Shown: positions 13,159 to 26,969 of the stretch, piece after piece
Position numbering within the stretch: position 1 is the first letter of the stretch
Layout: the number at the start of each line of letters is the position of its first letter
Source of the DNA: Anthoceros angustus
Taxonomy: Eukaryota > Plantae > Anthocerotophyta
Assembly: GCA_010909165.1 (NCBI GenBank)
Contig: VJWM01000197.1
Coordinates: 310,001-374,000 of the forward strand
Direction of reading: 5' to 3'
DNA: 64,000 nucleotides
Translations under genes and position numbers: made by a program
Notes under the pieces: generated by a model
The model's input: the letters and a program-made list of their open reading frames with translations, nothing else
Told to the model about the DNA's origin: nothing
Database searches by the model: none

Positions 13159-15520
13159 CAAACAACAATAATAATAAATTTATTTATGTCCATGGAGGAT
13201 GGAAGGACTATCATGGGACAGAGACAATACACCGTGAAACACGGCGTACACATACGTACGTCTGAACTAGAGGGAGACAGTTTGAGATGAGGCAAAAAAA
13301 GAGGGAAAGCTTTAAGAAGGAGAAAAGAGGAAAAAAATCTATAGAGAGTCCAACCGGGTCTGCCGATAATTAAGAAGCTCAGAGACAAGACCAGTGAGCT
13401 TATGACCAGACAAGGAAACGAGTGTGCGCAAGGTAAAACCAGCACACTCGAAAAGAAGATTATAACGAGCCCGAATAGGAGCATAGGCAAGGCAATAGAA
13501 AAGGAAGTGCGATTCAGACTCAATGCCGAGGGAGCAGAGCTTGCAAATATGAGCATCCAGAGGAGGCGCAGGCTTCAGCCAGCAGTCGGTCTCGATTCGG
13601 AGGTGATGGGAGCTAAACAGGTTAACCAATGAGGTGCGGAGCTTGAAGGAGAGGCGGGAGTAGCGAGGGGAAACTAGAGGCGATTGACATGAAACTCCTC
13701 CTTGTAGAAATAGAGTGCAGGCGTTAGAGGAGGCGGATGAGAGGAGGTACCAAGTGAGGCAAGTATCTTAATTTTAGGTCCGTCGGATGAGGTGTATGGG
13801 AGGAGGTGAGAAGAGGAAGGCGGGAGTGAGGAGTAGGCCAAGTGGAAGCCTAAAGGTTCAAACTCAAGCTGTTAAGCCAAGCAGTGACTGGAGATGCTTG
13901 AGAGTCACTTTGAGCCAAACCAAGCGGGAAGACACAGCAAGGAGATGATAGGGAGGAGGGCTGGGGTGGCAATGTCGAGGAGGTGGAGGTGGTAAAGGAA
14001 ACAAGACAGGCGAAAGAGGCCATCAAGCTTACACCTTAGCCCAAGAGGAAGAGGAGAGACTCAGGGCCCATATTTTAGTGCTAAACAAAGTGGAGGATAT
14101 TACAAGTGTGTTGAAAAGTTGCTTTCGAAGGTTGATATCTTGAATATTCATCCTATATAAAGCACGATGCAGGGCACTGGCAGAACCCATCCCCTTGGTA
14201 GTAGGGAAGAGGTAGAAAAAGTCCAGTTGAACTTGGGACAAAAAATCGTGACACTCAGGTACGTATAGGAGCGGACCATCTCCACCTCTTGACCATCGTA
14301 ATAGAATTTGCAATCACCCTCGTAATCCTTAGAATTAAACAACATGATCTTGGTCTTGCAGAGATTGACAGTGAGACCCTTGGTTTTGCAAAAGTTAGAA
14401 AGCACTTGGACTTGCTGCTGCAAGCCCTCCGGGAAATGCAAAAATAACACAATATCACCCACACATAAAAGGCTAGGAATATTCTTGAGGAAGAGACGAG
14501 CGCCAGGATCAGCAAAAGTCAGAAGCCACTCTTCAAGCTCGTCAATATACAACCCAAAAAGATTTGAGGACAAAGGATCATCCTCACGGACGCCTAGATG
14601 GATGGGAATCTAGCGAGTAGATGCGAGCATAAACCCGGCTGTAGAGAAGAGTAGAAGCATGCTATAAATGGGAAGGCATCTCAAGAGATTTTAGCCTGTC
14701 AAATAGCTTGTTCAATGGCAAAGAGTTGAAAGCCCTAAAAAATCCACAAAGCAGCAATAGACATGCTTCTTATGATGTCCAGTCTCATTAGTAATAGCCC
14801 GGAGGGTAAATATATTGTCCAAAGTATTCCGACCAGGATGGAAACCCGTTTGGCTGCGGGCATGCACCTTAGCCTCCTCAACCCACGAGGAAGTGAGAAT
14901 CTTCAAGCAAAAGCTAAAAATCTTAGCATTTAGAGACTCCACATTCATAAATCTGTAGTTAGAAGGGAGGCAAGGATTGCCGGCTTTAAGAATGGAATGC
15001 ATATCATTCTCATGCCAGGTAGCAGAGAAACCAAGAGGAAGAGCGTCGTTAAATAGAGTGGCAAGGTGAGAAGAAAGAGAGACAAGATCAGCAAAATGGG
15101 CGCAAAGTAAGATGTAATTGAGAGCGCATGCGTTTACAATCAGCATCAAACCAAGGATGGCGGGGGGGCCTACTAGTTGTGGGGAGGGTGGCAAAATTAG
15201 AAAGGGAAAGTAGAGCAAGCGAGAGAGGATAGCGGTGGAGGCAGGCAGAAAGAAAAGGGAGCTGGGGGGTGGGGAAGCGGGGCGGGAGGGTGGAACTAAG
15301 GGAGGAATAGAGAGTGCGGGAGAATTGGAGAGCAAGTTCATGGGAAAAGGTGAAACTGGTGGTGAGACCATGTGTGGGAGAAAAAGGAGGAGGGGAGAGG
15401 GTGGAAAAGGTACGGAGATCCAAACAGTCAGTAGCATGGTCAAACTCCACCCAAAGATGTTGAGCCCCTTTACACCATCAGCAAGATTGAGCATTTGGGG
15501 AGGACTGCGGCAAATCTGGA
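13159..15520 (-). mobile_element. LINE (RTE/RTEX-like), 5'-truncated and frameshifted
   Basis: KAGNPCLPSNYR, QTGFHPGRNTLDNIFTL, YCCFVDF, LFGLYIDELE, GLTVNLCKTK, CCHC motif and a short-repeat tail at 13159-13185. Confidence 0.9.
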
Positions 15521-16683
15521 CTCATGCGACATCAAGGCGCCCCAAAATGAGGCGCCGTTAGCGCGTAGCGAGGCAGGGCGTGTCGTGGAAAACAACCAGC
15601 TGACCAAAACCCTCACCTCTACACTCTTGTCATACAACAGTTCTGCAGGAATACTATCATGCTAGTTCAACAGCACACTTCAGCCACTCTTCAACCAATT
15701 CACACATAAAATGGAGCTCAATGTTGGCATCTCAAGAGAAAAGCAAATCTACATCATCAAAAGAAGGTCGAAACAAAACAAACGATCGGATCACAACACG
15801 AGTCTCTGTAATGCGATTCTCAGCTGAGTCTCGTTTGGGGTTGGCAGTTCATCGTCGCAGCAAGCAATGCCAGCAATCACTTTCAAGTGTTCACTCAAGC
15901 ATAGCAGCAAACTCAGATTGTCTCAAAAGTTGATGTGATTCATTGTGGCTACCATAACCAGCTGCTTGCGCAAAGAAGACTCTAACAACCACCTACCGCC
16001 TTGCTCTCCTGCGCTTTTATCATCAGGTCCAAGCTCCCACGCATGCAGATCCACATCATGACCGCTCATCTTGCTCCCGCTCCCACGTCCATGACTGAGT
16101 GCAGCGATTTTGACCCGTCACGTCTTCTAACCCTAATTGTGAATAAGCTGCATTCGCTTATTCATCACAGCAGGCTCTCTACCTAAACAACCATGCTTAT
16201 CTATATGCTCTTCAGTTGTACTTGGCAATTACCCGATGTGTAAGGACTATGGCATGACACGCGGCATGCTTGCCCCTCCGATTTTCTTCCACGACAACCT
16301 TGCAACAGGTCGTTCGTGAGGCCACGCACACAATCCGCAGCGCGCGCGTGCGCGGTGAATCTGCCACGCGCGTCGCGGCACTACTATCGCGTGCATCCGA
16401 TGCACGCTGCGCGCGCACACAGGCGCACACAACGTGTGCCCTCCTTGCCGCCATAGCCACCAACTTTGGTGGTTGGTGGCCCACGAGTCAGCGAAGGAGA
16501 GGAATGGGGGCCAAACGTTTGGCCCCCGCTTCACTTAAGTTTTGGTTATCCTTTTTTTCTGTATTTTTTATTTCAAAAAATGTTTAAGTGGCTTTTATCC
16601 TTAGCCAGGCCTGCAGAAGGCACACAAATGTGATGACATCGGATGCCGCCATGCCCTCTTGTTGCATCGCTCTGTTGCTGCAG

Positions 16684-17045
16684 GGATACAAGAGCATCAT
16701 GCAAATTAAAAGGATAATGCCAGGTACTTGCGAGAAGGATTGGAGAAGCTGGAAAGATTTGACATCTTATCCAAGCCCGTTGGAGTGCCTCTTGTAGCCT
16801 TCGCCCTGAAGGATAAGAGCAGATTTAATGAATACCAGATATCCGACCACTTGTGAATGTATGGCTGGATCCTTCCAGCTTACTTCACCATGGCCCCAAA
16901 TGCTCAGGAAGTGAGTCTGCTACGTACACTGGTGAGAGAGGACTTCAGCCGGCAGTTTATGGATAGACTTGTGGGCAACATCCTGAAGGCTCTGGAGTAT
17001 CTGGAAAAGTCAGTACCTGTAGTGGAGAGGAGCGCCTTCGAGAGG
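16684..17045 (+). pseudogene. GAD: Glutamate decarboxylase C-terminal exon remnant
   Basis: After the acceptor ctgcag|: GYKSIMQ (frameshift) ...LREGLEKLERFDILSKPVGVPLVAFALKD...ISDHL*MYGWILPAYFTMAPNAQEVSLLRTLVREDFSR, matching the plant GAD C-terminus. Confidence 0.9.
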
Positions 17046-17093
17046 AGAGCCTCTTCCTTCTCCTCGCGCTTGCAGCCGCTCGATCTACCAAGT

Positions 17094-17149
17094 TACTCCC
17101 CAAAATGCACAAACCCTGGCTAACCTGGTTAGCCAGGGTTTTGGAAGTA
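17094..17149. mobile_element. Tiny foldback/MITE-like element
   Basis: Perfect 15-bp arms AAACCCTGGCTAACC-T-GGTTAGCCAGGGTTT (17111-17141), bracketed by tactccc...ggaagta. Confidence 0.45.
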
Positions 17150-17669
17150 CATGCAAAAACTGACCTGGTCCCTTGGTTGTGACCTATCTCGATGATCGCC
17201 AAGTGTCTTCCTCGACGGTCCCGATGGCCTGGCTCCTTCTGCTCCGTACAACTCTACTATTTCTAGCTGGCATGCATATATTGATGAGAATCATACGCTT
17301 GCTACAAAGTGTTTGTAGCATTGATTATAATAGAAAGTACATGCCTTTATACAGGCAAGGTCGTTAGGAGGTTCGAACCATAAGTGGTTGTAACCAATAC
17401 AACCAATATAACAACTAACTACCTAAATAACTAAATAAAAAAACTACCTAGTGCCCTATAATTGATTAATGCTTAATTCTAGGTGCCCTAGTGAATAATG
17501 CCTATTAGGTATATATTTCATCACTCCCACTCACTATGAACTGGGGTGAGGTGATAGAGTATTTTTCTAGCTTCAAAATGAACTATAATAGATCTAAAAT
17601 AGTAACCTAGTCCTTAACTTAAAAGAATTAATGTGGAAGGCAGCTACCCGCACTAGGAAGGCAGCTACC

Positions 17670-18270
17670 CGCACAGATTGTGAAACAAGGGCTTCTAATG
17701 GACATGGTTGTAGCTGGCAGTTTGATTAACATGTATGGTAAGTGTGGGAGCATGGTGGATGCACATCATGTGTTCGATGTGTTGCCTAAAAGAAACGTCA
17801 TCATCTGGCACTAATTGCCGGCTACACCTCTTAAGACGGACCGCGGTCTTGACTTGGTCAGAATGAGCGGGATGGAGTCACCAAAGGGCATCACATTCTT
17901 TAGCATCTTGTGACGTACAATCATGCGGGTCTAGTGAAGAAGGGGTGGGAGCAGTTTGAGGCCATAAGCAGACACCATGGCATCACTCCCACAGTGGACC
18001 ACTACACATGCATGGTGGATCTCCTGGGTTGTGCAGCACACCTACACAAAGCACTAGCCTTGGTGAGATCAATGCCTGTATGTGCTAATGCTGATATATG
18101 ACACACTCTGTTGTATGCTTGTTGAAAGTGGAGCAACGTGGATGTGAGATGCCAAGCCTTCAAGGAAGCCTTGAAGCTAGAGAAGAAAGATGCTGCAGCA
18201 TACGAGCTGATGTCGAACATATACACTGTTGTCCAGATGTTGAAACAGGCAGAGGAGATGCATGACAACC
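17670..18270 (+). pseudogene. PLS-class PPR gene remnant with E-domain
   Basis: SLINMYGKCGSMVDAHHVFD, HAGLVKKGWEQF, PTVDHYTCMVDLLG, AAYELMSNIY, with several stops and frameshifts. Confidence 0.9.
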
Positions 18271-18439
18271 TCAGGATTACATCATTTGGTATAGCTGTTT
18301 TTTTTTACACAATTTCTTTCATTGACGAGTCTTCTTAAACTGGCCAAAGAGATTGCCTTGAGCAGAGACGTCTCAAACAACCTGCTAGATGGGACCTTCC
18401 TAGCTACCCTCGTGAGCAATTTAGGATCAAAATTCAGGT

Positions 18440-18672
18440 TGGTTGGTGTGTTTGTGGCTAGCAGTCTAGTGAACATGTATGCAAAGTGTGGCAGCTTGGA
18501 GGCTCCTCAAAGAGTTTTTGAAGGACTTGATGGGAAAAGTGTAGTAAATTGGAACTCTGTAATTGCAGGGTATTCCCAGCAGGGCATGGGTCATGAAAAG
18601 CCCTCCGTCTCTACATCGCTATGCAGGAAGCACGCAAGGCTGTACCCGATTTGGTAACATTTGTGTGCCTCC
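18440..18672 (+). pseudogene. Second PLS-class PPR fragment
   Basis: VFVASSLVNMYAKCGSLE...VVNWNSVIAGYSQQGMG, then after a frameshift PDLVTFVCL. Confidence 0.85.
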
Positions 18673-18973
18673 GAACACCTCTCCGCCTAGTGAGAGCCGG
18701 ATCAGGAGAGGAACATCTCCCTCCATAAACTAAATGCTCCCCATCCCCCCACGCCCACCACTCGCTTTCAGGTCTTCGATCTCCGCACCATGGACCCAAG
18801 GCCATATTTTCAGTTCATAGAATTCGCTCTGATATCATGTTGAATCATGCGGCCGGCTCCCAGCGCATGCATCAGGGGAGGATGACGGGCAATGGTTATG
18901 GGACATAGAGGGCACCGAAGACCTGAAGAAGCGGGTTGCATGGCAGCACAAGTTGCCACCATTACTTACTACT

Positions 18974-20011
18974 TACAGCCCACCCCCCCTAAGTGGGACT
19001 TGTTCGAAGTGCCTTTAGAGGTTCCATTAAGGAGGTGTCCCGATTAGATTTTTCTCCATTTATAAAATAAGAAAATGATTATAAATTCAAAAAATAAAAA
19101 AATATCCAAATAAAGAAAATTTCAATTTTTGATTGATAGGTTTCACTAAAAATAATTTTTACAACTTCTCTACATAGTTGCTTGAAAGCTAGCACTCTCT
19201 CTAAGCAGTATTAAAAAACCTCCACCTATCATAAAGAACAAAGCTTAGCTTAGGAGTCTTCAATCACACCTAAAAGTCTATTGTGCTATGAAATAATTGA
19301 CAATATACCTTTGCTCTCGCGATACTTTGAGATGATGACTAATCACGTGTTTCTCAAATATATTGAGCAACGCCAAAGAGTCTGTAGTGTCGTGTGGCAT
19401 TTGTATCAGATAAGTTCTTGCTGCCTCCAAACCTTTGATGGCATCTTCCATAGTTTGTCGTGGTAGGGGTGGCATTGTCGCTACTTCCTCTTCAATATTT
19501 TCGGCAAGCTCCTCTCAATAGCCCGAGGGAATAGTGAATCTCATATTTCATATTTTGTGGGAACTTCATATTTTGTGGGAACAAATATTATCTCCACATT
19601 TTCATGCTGCTCAAAGTGACATACTCTTCAGCAGTCAACATCTGTTGATGCCATGTGCTTAGAAGTTAATAATGCCGACCTACCCAATGCCTATTGCAGA
19701 TCCAATATTTGGGTATCCAACGAATTGGTATGAAATGAAGGATCCTGTTTAGGATCCTCTAGATCATATGATGGCATTGCATTTAAGTCTAAATCCTCAC
19801 GCACCTTTTCATGCACATTTTTAATATGGTATTTCATATCTATTCAATTTTTTTCCTTGGAAAATCTCATTTAGGGAGGTGAAACTAAGATGAATGTATG
19901 TTTCAAAAGGTCTCAATTACCATTTAAGAGAAAGTCCCAGTTTTTACACTGTAAACTAAAGGGAGTAGGATCGGAGGTTCCCTTTACAGAGTTCTCAAAT
20001 AGGGGGCCGAC
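18974..20011 (-). mobile_element. pogo/Tigger-like DNA transposon remnant; its right terminus is split by the LTR element and resumes at 27578-27586
   Basis: 19278-19475 resembles a Tigger/CENP-B transposase C-terminus (EDAIKGLEAARTYL...EQRYIVNYF). The ends TA-CAGCCCACCCCC and the reconstituted ggggccgactg-TA are imperfect TIRs. Confidence 0.5.
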
Positions 20012-20604
20012 AGTAACACCCCTCAACTGTGACCCGATGAGGAAGCGTCAAGTCTTGGCTTCCCAGTGTCTAGGACCTCGCCAATTCACTCCACAAGAGA
20101 CTTGCACGATTCTCAACGCTCTCAACCTCACGACACGGACTAGGCTCCAAGTAGCCCGTCCATCGACGACTCGCAGCCACCTCCTCGAGGTCTTGCTCTT
20201 TATTACAAGAATACAACGATGGAATCGGCTATCTACGCTGGCGGCTCACGCCTTGATTCCATGACAAGCTCACTAGCTAGCTCTCCACGCTCTCTCAACA
20301 CAAGGCTTGCAGGCGCACTCTGCTCTCTCAAAGAGTGAGTCCCACTTGTAACTTGTTCCTCAAAGCCCTTGCTCTAGCCCTTATATATCCATGACTGACC
20401 TTAACTAGGCTTAAATCTAGGGATTCTTACGGACCACTAATCACTAAGAGTCCTCTCTAGGCAGCTCTTCATTTGTGGCTGTAATTCCTCTCTAACAAGA
20501 GATTGCATGAAGCATGCAACACATGCATCTTCTTAACACTACTAACTTAGCTTTTACCTTTTCAACTTTTCACCTTTCTACCTTGTTTCACCAGTGCCGT
20601 TACT
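20012..20604 (-). repeat. 3' LTR (593 bp), ends AGTAAC...GTTACT
   Basis: Matches 25133-25455 and ~26970-27577, and directly follows the PPT GGGGGAGAG on the minus strand. Confidence 0.93.
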
Positions 20605-23600
20605 CTCTCCCCCGGGAAGATGTCATTGTCCTCAATGACCTCCGATTATAACGCGAGATCATCCATGATCCTTGTTGCACATCTTCAAGTGAAACCCACA
20701 GGATGCATAACCACGAAGCCTTACCAGATACTCTGGTACATTACCACGGACAGCAGGCGCTTCTCTCTCTGCCAGGAATTCAACAATCTCCCGCAGACCA
20801 TGATTGTGTTGAACCAGGATGACATAATCCTTCTGTTCATATCTTCATTCTCTTTCGAAATCACAAATGGTTTCAGCAAAGAGACATGAAACACATTATG
20901 AGAGAAGATCCATTCAGGCAGCTGTAGTTTGTAAGCCACATTTCCAATGCGCTTCAGAACTACGAAAGGTCCTCCATACTTAGGCCTTAACTTTGAGGTC
21001 GCCTTGTGGTAGTGGGAAATTCTTCAATTTCACCCACACCTTGTCTCCTACTTGAAACTCGCCTCTTGCACATGCTGTCAAAACTTCTTTTGCTGTCACG
21101 AGCCTTGGCCAATATCTTCTTAGCAACTTCATGCACGGCCCTTAAGCTCAATGAATTCACGTGGTTCTCTTCTTTTGTCTCAAACACGCTAGCATTCAAC
21201 ATGGAAACTACGTCCATTGCTTCGTTACATCATCGAAAGGTGTGTAGCCGTGGAGCTATATGCATGTTATTATAACAAAATTACGCATCCTCAAGATGAT
21301 TACTCCGGTCTGTTGGTCCATCATACATAGTGTCGTAAGTATTCTTCTTGGATTGTTCACCCTCTCTGTTGATCCATCTGTATCGTGGTGGTGTGCTCAT
21401 ACATAATTGCACTCCTAAGCTCTTCATAAGTTGCCAAAACTCTGCGATAAATGGATCTCATCACTCTGCATAGGTCCATGTAACACATATACATGCTTCT
21501 TGAACACCTGAGCAACTTCAGAAGCTTTCACTCGCTTCTTCGTAGGGATGAAGTGTGCTTGCTTGCTAAATCTATCAACCACTGTCATGATAGTTGTGTC
21601 CATTACTGGCTGGCAATGGCATAATGAAATCCACTGATATACTTTTCCAAGGCCCACTTGGAATAGACAGGGGCTGCAACAAACCTCGCGGATTTGACTT
21701 CTCTACCTTATCCTGCTGACAGTCTACACAAGACTTAACATACTCAACAATATGCTTGTACATTCCAGGCCAGTAAAACAGCTTTCTCAACTTCTCATAA
21801 GTTGGGTCAATCCCTCTATGACCTGCACTTAACACATCATGACACTCTCTGCAAGCAACTTCTTTCTTAACTCTTGAGAATCACGAATCACAATCCTGTT
21901 TTTCTTGAACATCAACAAGCCATGCATAAGCTTACACTTAGATCCGGTTGCTCCACTTCATTGATCCAATCTGTACTAATGGATCTCGCAGATAAGCTTC
22001 CTTGATCTGCGTGTGAGTGTCCTTGGCTCAATCACCATCTGTTGCGGCTAGCTTAGGCCTCTTGATAAGCGGTTATCAAACTTAAACTCGCTTGCGACTC
22101 AAAGCATCCGCCACGAGATTCTCCTTCCGGCTTGTACTTGATAGACACATCATACATTGCTAGGAAATCTTGCCATCTAGCTGTCTTGCGCTTAGTCGCG
22201 GTGATTTGTAAAGAAGCTCGTGCTTACATTGTCTGTATACGGCAAAAGATCTTCCTAGAAGATAATGTCTCCAAATCTTGAGACAATTGATGATGTGATC
22301 ATCTCCTTTTCATAAGTGGGTACTTCCTTTTCATGTTCATGCAACTTCCTTGATTCGTAAGCCAAGCCTACCTTCTTGCATGAGCACTCCGCCAATTGCA
22401 ATATCGACGCATCGATATACTTCTATATCCTTCTTTGGATCATAGATTGCCAATCTTGGGTAGTCTTGAGTTTCAACTTGACTCGAATGCCCTCGACATT
22501 CATCATCCCACTTCCAAGCCTTCGCCTTCTTCAAGAGATCGATTAATGGGGCGTTCTTGGCAAACATCGGTACAAATCTTACACGCTAGCCAATCCCAAA
22601 ACATACGCACCTCGTGCACATTCGTTGGCGGCCAACTCAGTATGGCCTTTACCTTATCGGGATCCATCCCGATACCATCCGCAGAGACAATGAATCCTAG
22701 GAAGTCTATCTCTTCCTTAACAAAGTCACACTTTGTTATAGCTAAGAACAAAGAATTTGCTCTTAACCTTTCTAACACTTTCCTCAAGTGTTGGACATGC
22801 TCTTCAAGGTAGAACGTATATCATGATGTCATCCAAGTATATCACAACACACTCATCCAGCGGATCTCGAATATAGTATTCATGAGAGTCTCAAACGTGG
22901 TGCATTAGTGAGTCCAAATGGCATGACAAGGAACTCAAAAGATCCATACCTTGTTCTACAAGCGGTCTTGTATTCATGTCCTTCTGCGATGCGAATCGGT
23001 AATAGCACGCCATTAGATCCACTTGGTGAAATACTTAGCACCTCTCAATCATCAACAAGTCATCCATCCTTGGCAAAGGATAAGAATTCTTCTTGTTATC
23101 GATTGAGTGCTCGTAATCCAAGCATAATCTCAATCCTCCATTCTTCTTGCGTGAACAACAGGCGCACCAAATGGGGACTTTGAGATTCTCACATAGCCCT
23201 TGGCTAGCGAGTTAGACATCATCTCTTGACTCTTGTAGCTCATCCTGCGATAATCTATATGGCGCTCTTGAAGGCGGTGTACTTCACGGCTTGAGATCAA
23301 TCTCATGATCTACAATTCTTCTAGGAGGTAAAGGAGGCAACTCATCGGGCATCAAGTCCTTGAACTCATTCAAGACACTGCACTTCCTTGGAATCTTTTG
23401 CTCACGAGACTCCATCTCAAGACCATCTTCTAGTCCTTGCAGACAAGTAAAAGAGTTCCTCTCCATCCTTTACACAACATTTGAGCTCTTTCTTAGAGAT
23501 GATATCATCAATGTTGTCTCCAAGCCTCTGCTTGAGGCGCACAACTCACTTTGTGCTCTTCATCTCCTAAGATCTGTATGGTGCGTGAGTCCACGTTCAC

Positions 23601-25132
23601 ACATACCTTGTTGGCCTTCATCCATTCTAAGCCCAAGATGATTTCATGATCATCCATATCTACAATGAAGCTCACGCTCCATTCCAATTCCCTATCTGCA
23701 GCGGCACTTCTTGCAATTCACCTTTGTGTTGCAACATTCCTTTAGCTTGTTTCACTCTACATGGCTCGGATGTACTAGCCCATGTCAAACCAAGCTTGCT
23801 TGCCTTGCTAGGAGAAATGAAATTATGTGTTCTAAGTCAAGCAACATCCTCGCTCGCTCCATTTATACATCCATGTATGTACATGAGCTCTCCACCCGCC
23901 CTCCGAATAGTGCTGTCCTCAGCACTCTGAGACTCACCACATGCAGCCTTCGCAACATGTGGCCGATCCCGTCACTTGGGATCCTCGGATCCGCCACTCC
24001 GTAATCCCGAGTCTTGGTGTGGATCTCCTTCACTACGTTGAGAGTCTGACATTCGGGCATTCATTTGCATAATGTCCGGCTCTCCACATGAGTAGCATAC
24101 TCCTTTTCGAGAACCCATCTTGTTCTCGAGCTCCATGACCTCTGCGCTCCTCGATTTCTTCATGAAATTTCCTCTTGAATTGCCTCTTGCAATTCCATTT
24201 CCGTGTCCTTAGCTCCTCTGCACTACTAGAGCTTCCTCTAGTGGGCATCACCACCAGTCGCCTCGAAATCTTCCGGAGGAGTTGGATGTACTAGAATGGA
24301 AAGTATCGGATGGCATCTGCTGCTGTAATGGCCTCTGCCAATGTAGTTGGACTATGCAACTCAATTACATTAGCAATCCTTCAAACCACCATGAAGCGAT
24401 GCGGTTTGTCATCTTCACTCATGGTAGTGCGATTGCATGACTTCGAAGGTACTTACATAATCTCGTCTGATGCTTGCTTGATATTGTCAAGTCTGTCTAG
24501 GCGAAGCATTCGCAGTTGGGCGCTTCTTGAGGGCTTCTTTGAAGGATGCCCGATGCAGTGATGGTATGTGCTCGGTTACCACAGGCAACATTAGCACCAT
24601 AACCGCCACGGACCAAAGCATAGCCCTTTAAGAAATTGCCAGCAGTACCTAAGTAGTACTCGGCTCAACACGGATGAGGCGAGATAAGTCTCAATAGAAT
24701 AGATCCAAGAATCAATGACTTGCGGATCTCTTTCTCCCTCATACTTATCGGTAGGGCTAGCTTCATGCTCGATTTGGAGCCACTTTGAAGATGCTGAATT
24801 CGGAAGATTTCTTGTTGTTCTTCCGCATCTTCGCCTTGTTGGTATGGGCTCTGGATTACCTTTGTCTTCTTCCTTGAAGTCATTACATCGTCAAGACACG
24901 GAAGAACTTGATAAAGTACTTCCACCATCCGTTCTTCAGTCCTCGACTTCTCTCGATGGGCTGCTGTGCTCTCGGTAGCTCTCACTTCCTCTTGTTCGAC
25001 GATGATGAATCTTGAGCGGTTGAGGCGGATGATCGGCGGAGGCTGCTTCTTGACCTCTCCTTACGCTTCTCATTGACCATCTTGTGCACTCTCTAGTCAC
25101 TCGGAGGAATGGACTACGCTCGATACCACTCA

Positions 25133-25455
25133 AGTAACACCCCTCACTGCGCGGCCCGGTGGGAAGCGTCAAGTCTTGGCTTCCGGTCTAGGACCTCGCC
25201 AATTCACTCCACAAGAGACTTGCACGATTCTCAACGCTCTCAACCTCACAACACGGACTAGGCTCCAAGTAGCCCGCCGTCCATGACGACTCGCAGCCAC
25301 CTCCTCGAGGTCTTGCTCTTTATTACAAGAATACAACGATGGAATCGGCTATCTCGCCCAGCTCGCCCTTGATTCCATGACAAGCTCACTAGCTAGCTCT
25401 CCACTCTCTCAACACAAGGCTTGCAGGCGCTCTGCTCTCTCAAAGAGTGAGTCCA
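25133..25455 (-). repeat. Partial internal LTR copy next to a tRNA-iMet-type PBS
   Basis: Minus strand reads ...GTTACT TGAG TGGTATCGAGC. It is truncated at a gtgagtcc microhomology with 23585. Confidence 0.85.
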
Positions 25456-26969
25456 CGTTCACACATACCTTGTTGGCCTTCATCCATTCTAAGCCCAAGA
25501 TGATTTCATGATCATCCATATCTACAACTGAAGCTCACCGCTCCATTCCAATTCCCTATCTGCAGGCACTTCTTGCAATTCACCTTTGTGTTGCAACATT
25601 CCTTTAGCTTGTTTCACTCTACATGGCTCGGATGTACTAGCCCATGTCAAACCAAGCTTGCTTGCCTTGCTAGGAGAAATGAAATTATGTGTTCTAAGTC
25701 AAGCAACATCCTCGCTCCATTTATACATCCATGTATGTACATGAGCTCTCCACCCGCCCTCCGAATAGTCTGTCCTCGGCACTGAGACTCACCACATGCG
25801 CCTTCGCAACATGTGGCCGATCCGTCACTTGGGATCCTCGGATCCGCCGTAATCCACGAGTCTTGGTGTGGATCTCCTTCGCTACGTTGAGAGTCTTTTC
25901 GATTCGGGCATTCATTTGCATAATGTCCGGCTCTCCACATGAGTAGCATACTCCTTTTCGAGAACCCATCTTGTTCTCGAGCTCCGCCTCTGCGCTCCTC
26001 GATTTCTTCCGCTGAAATTTCCTCTTGAATTGCCTCTTGCAATTCCATTTCCGCCTGTCCTTAGCTCCTCTGCACTACTAGAGCTTCCTCTAGTGGGCAT
26101 ACCACCACTCGCCTCGAAATCTTCCGGAGGAGTTGGATGTACTAGAATGGAAAGTATCGGATGGCATCTGCTGTAATGGCCTCCGCCAATGTAGTTGGAC
26201 TACGCAACTCAATTACATTAGCAGCCCAATCCTTCAAACCACCATGAAGCGATGCGGTTTGTCATCTTCACTCATAGGTATGCTTCAAGGTACTTACATA
26301 ATCTGCACTTGTTTGCTTGATATTGTCAAGTGCACTTAGACGCGAAGCATTCGCAGTTGGAACCGCTTCTTGAGGGCTTCTTTGAAGGATGCCCACTGTG
26401 ATGGTATGTGCTCGGTTACCACAGGCAACATTAGCACCATAACCGCCACGGACCAAAGCATAGCCCTTTAAGAAATTGCCAACAAGACTAAGTAGTACTC
26501 GGCTCAACACCGATGAGGCGAGATAAGTCTCAATAGAATAGATCCAAGAATCAATGACTTGCATCTCTTTCTCCCTCATACTTATCTGGTAGGGCTAGCT
26601 TCATGCTCGATTTGGAGCCACTTTGAAGATGCTGAATTCGGAAGATTTCTTGTTGTTCTTCCGCATCTTCGCCTTGTTGAGTGTGGCCTGGATTCGCTTT
26701 GTCTTCTTCCTTGAAGTCATTACATCGTCAAGACACCGGAAGAACTTGATAAAGTACTTCCACCATCCGTTCTTCAGTCCTCGACTTCTCTCGATGGGCT
26801 GCTGTGCTCTCGGTAGCTCTCACTTCCTCTTGTTCCGACGATGATGAATCTTGAGCGGTTGAGGCGGATGATCGGCGGAGGCTGCTTCTTGACCTCTCCT
26901 TACGCTTCTCATTGACCATCTTGTGCACTCTCTAGTCACTCGGAGGAATGGACTACGCTCGATACCACT

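Larger units (their letters stand above)
10091..14692. repeat. ~2.3-kb tandem segmental duplication (10091-12415 and 12411-14692), indel-rich
   Basis: Both copies carry the same flank, minisatellite and LINE 3' half. The junction lies at an agatttt microhomology near 12411. Confidence 0.9.

Noticed and set aside
16506-16527. 22-bp palindrome as a Helitron 3' hairpin
   Set aside because: No CTRR terminus at the expected distance on either strand.
18826-18840. tRNA-iMet PBS-like sequence (minus strand CA-TGATATCAGAGC)
   Set aside because: One mismatch, and no paired LTR or recognisable gag nearby.
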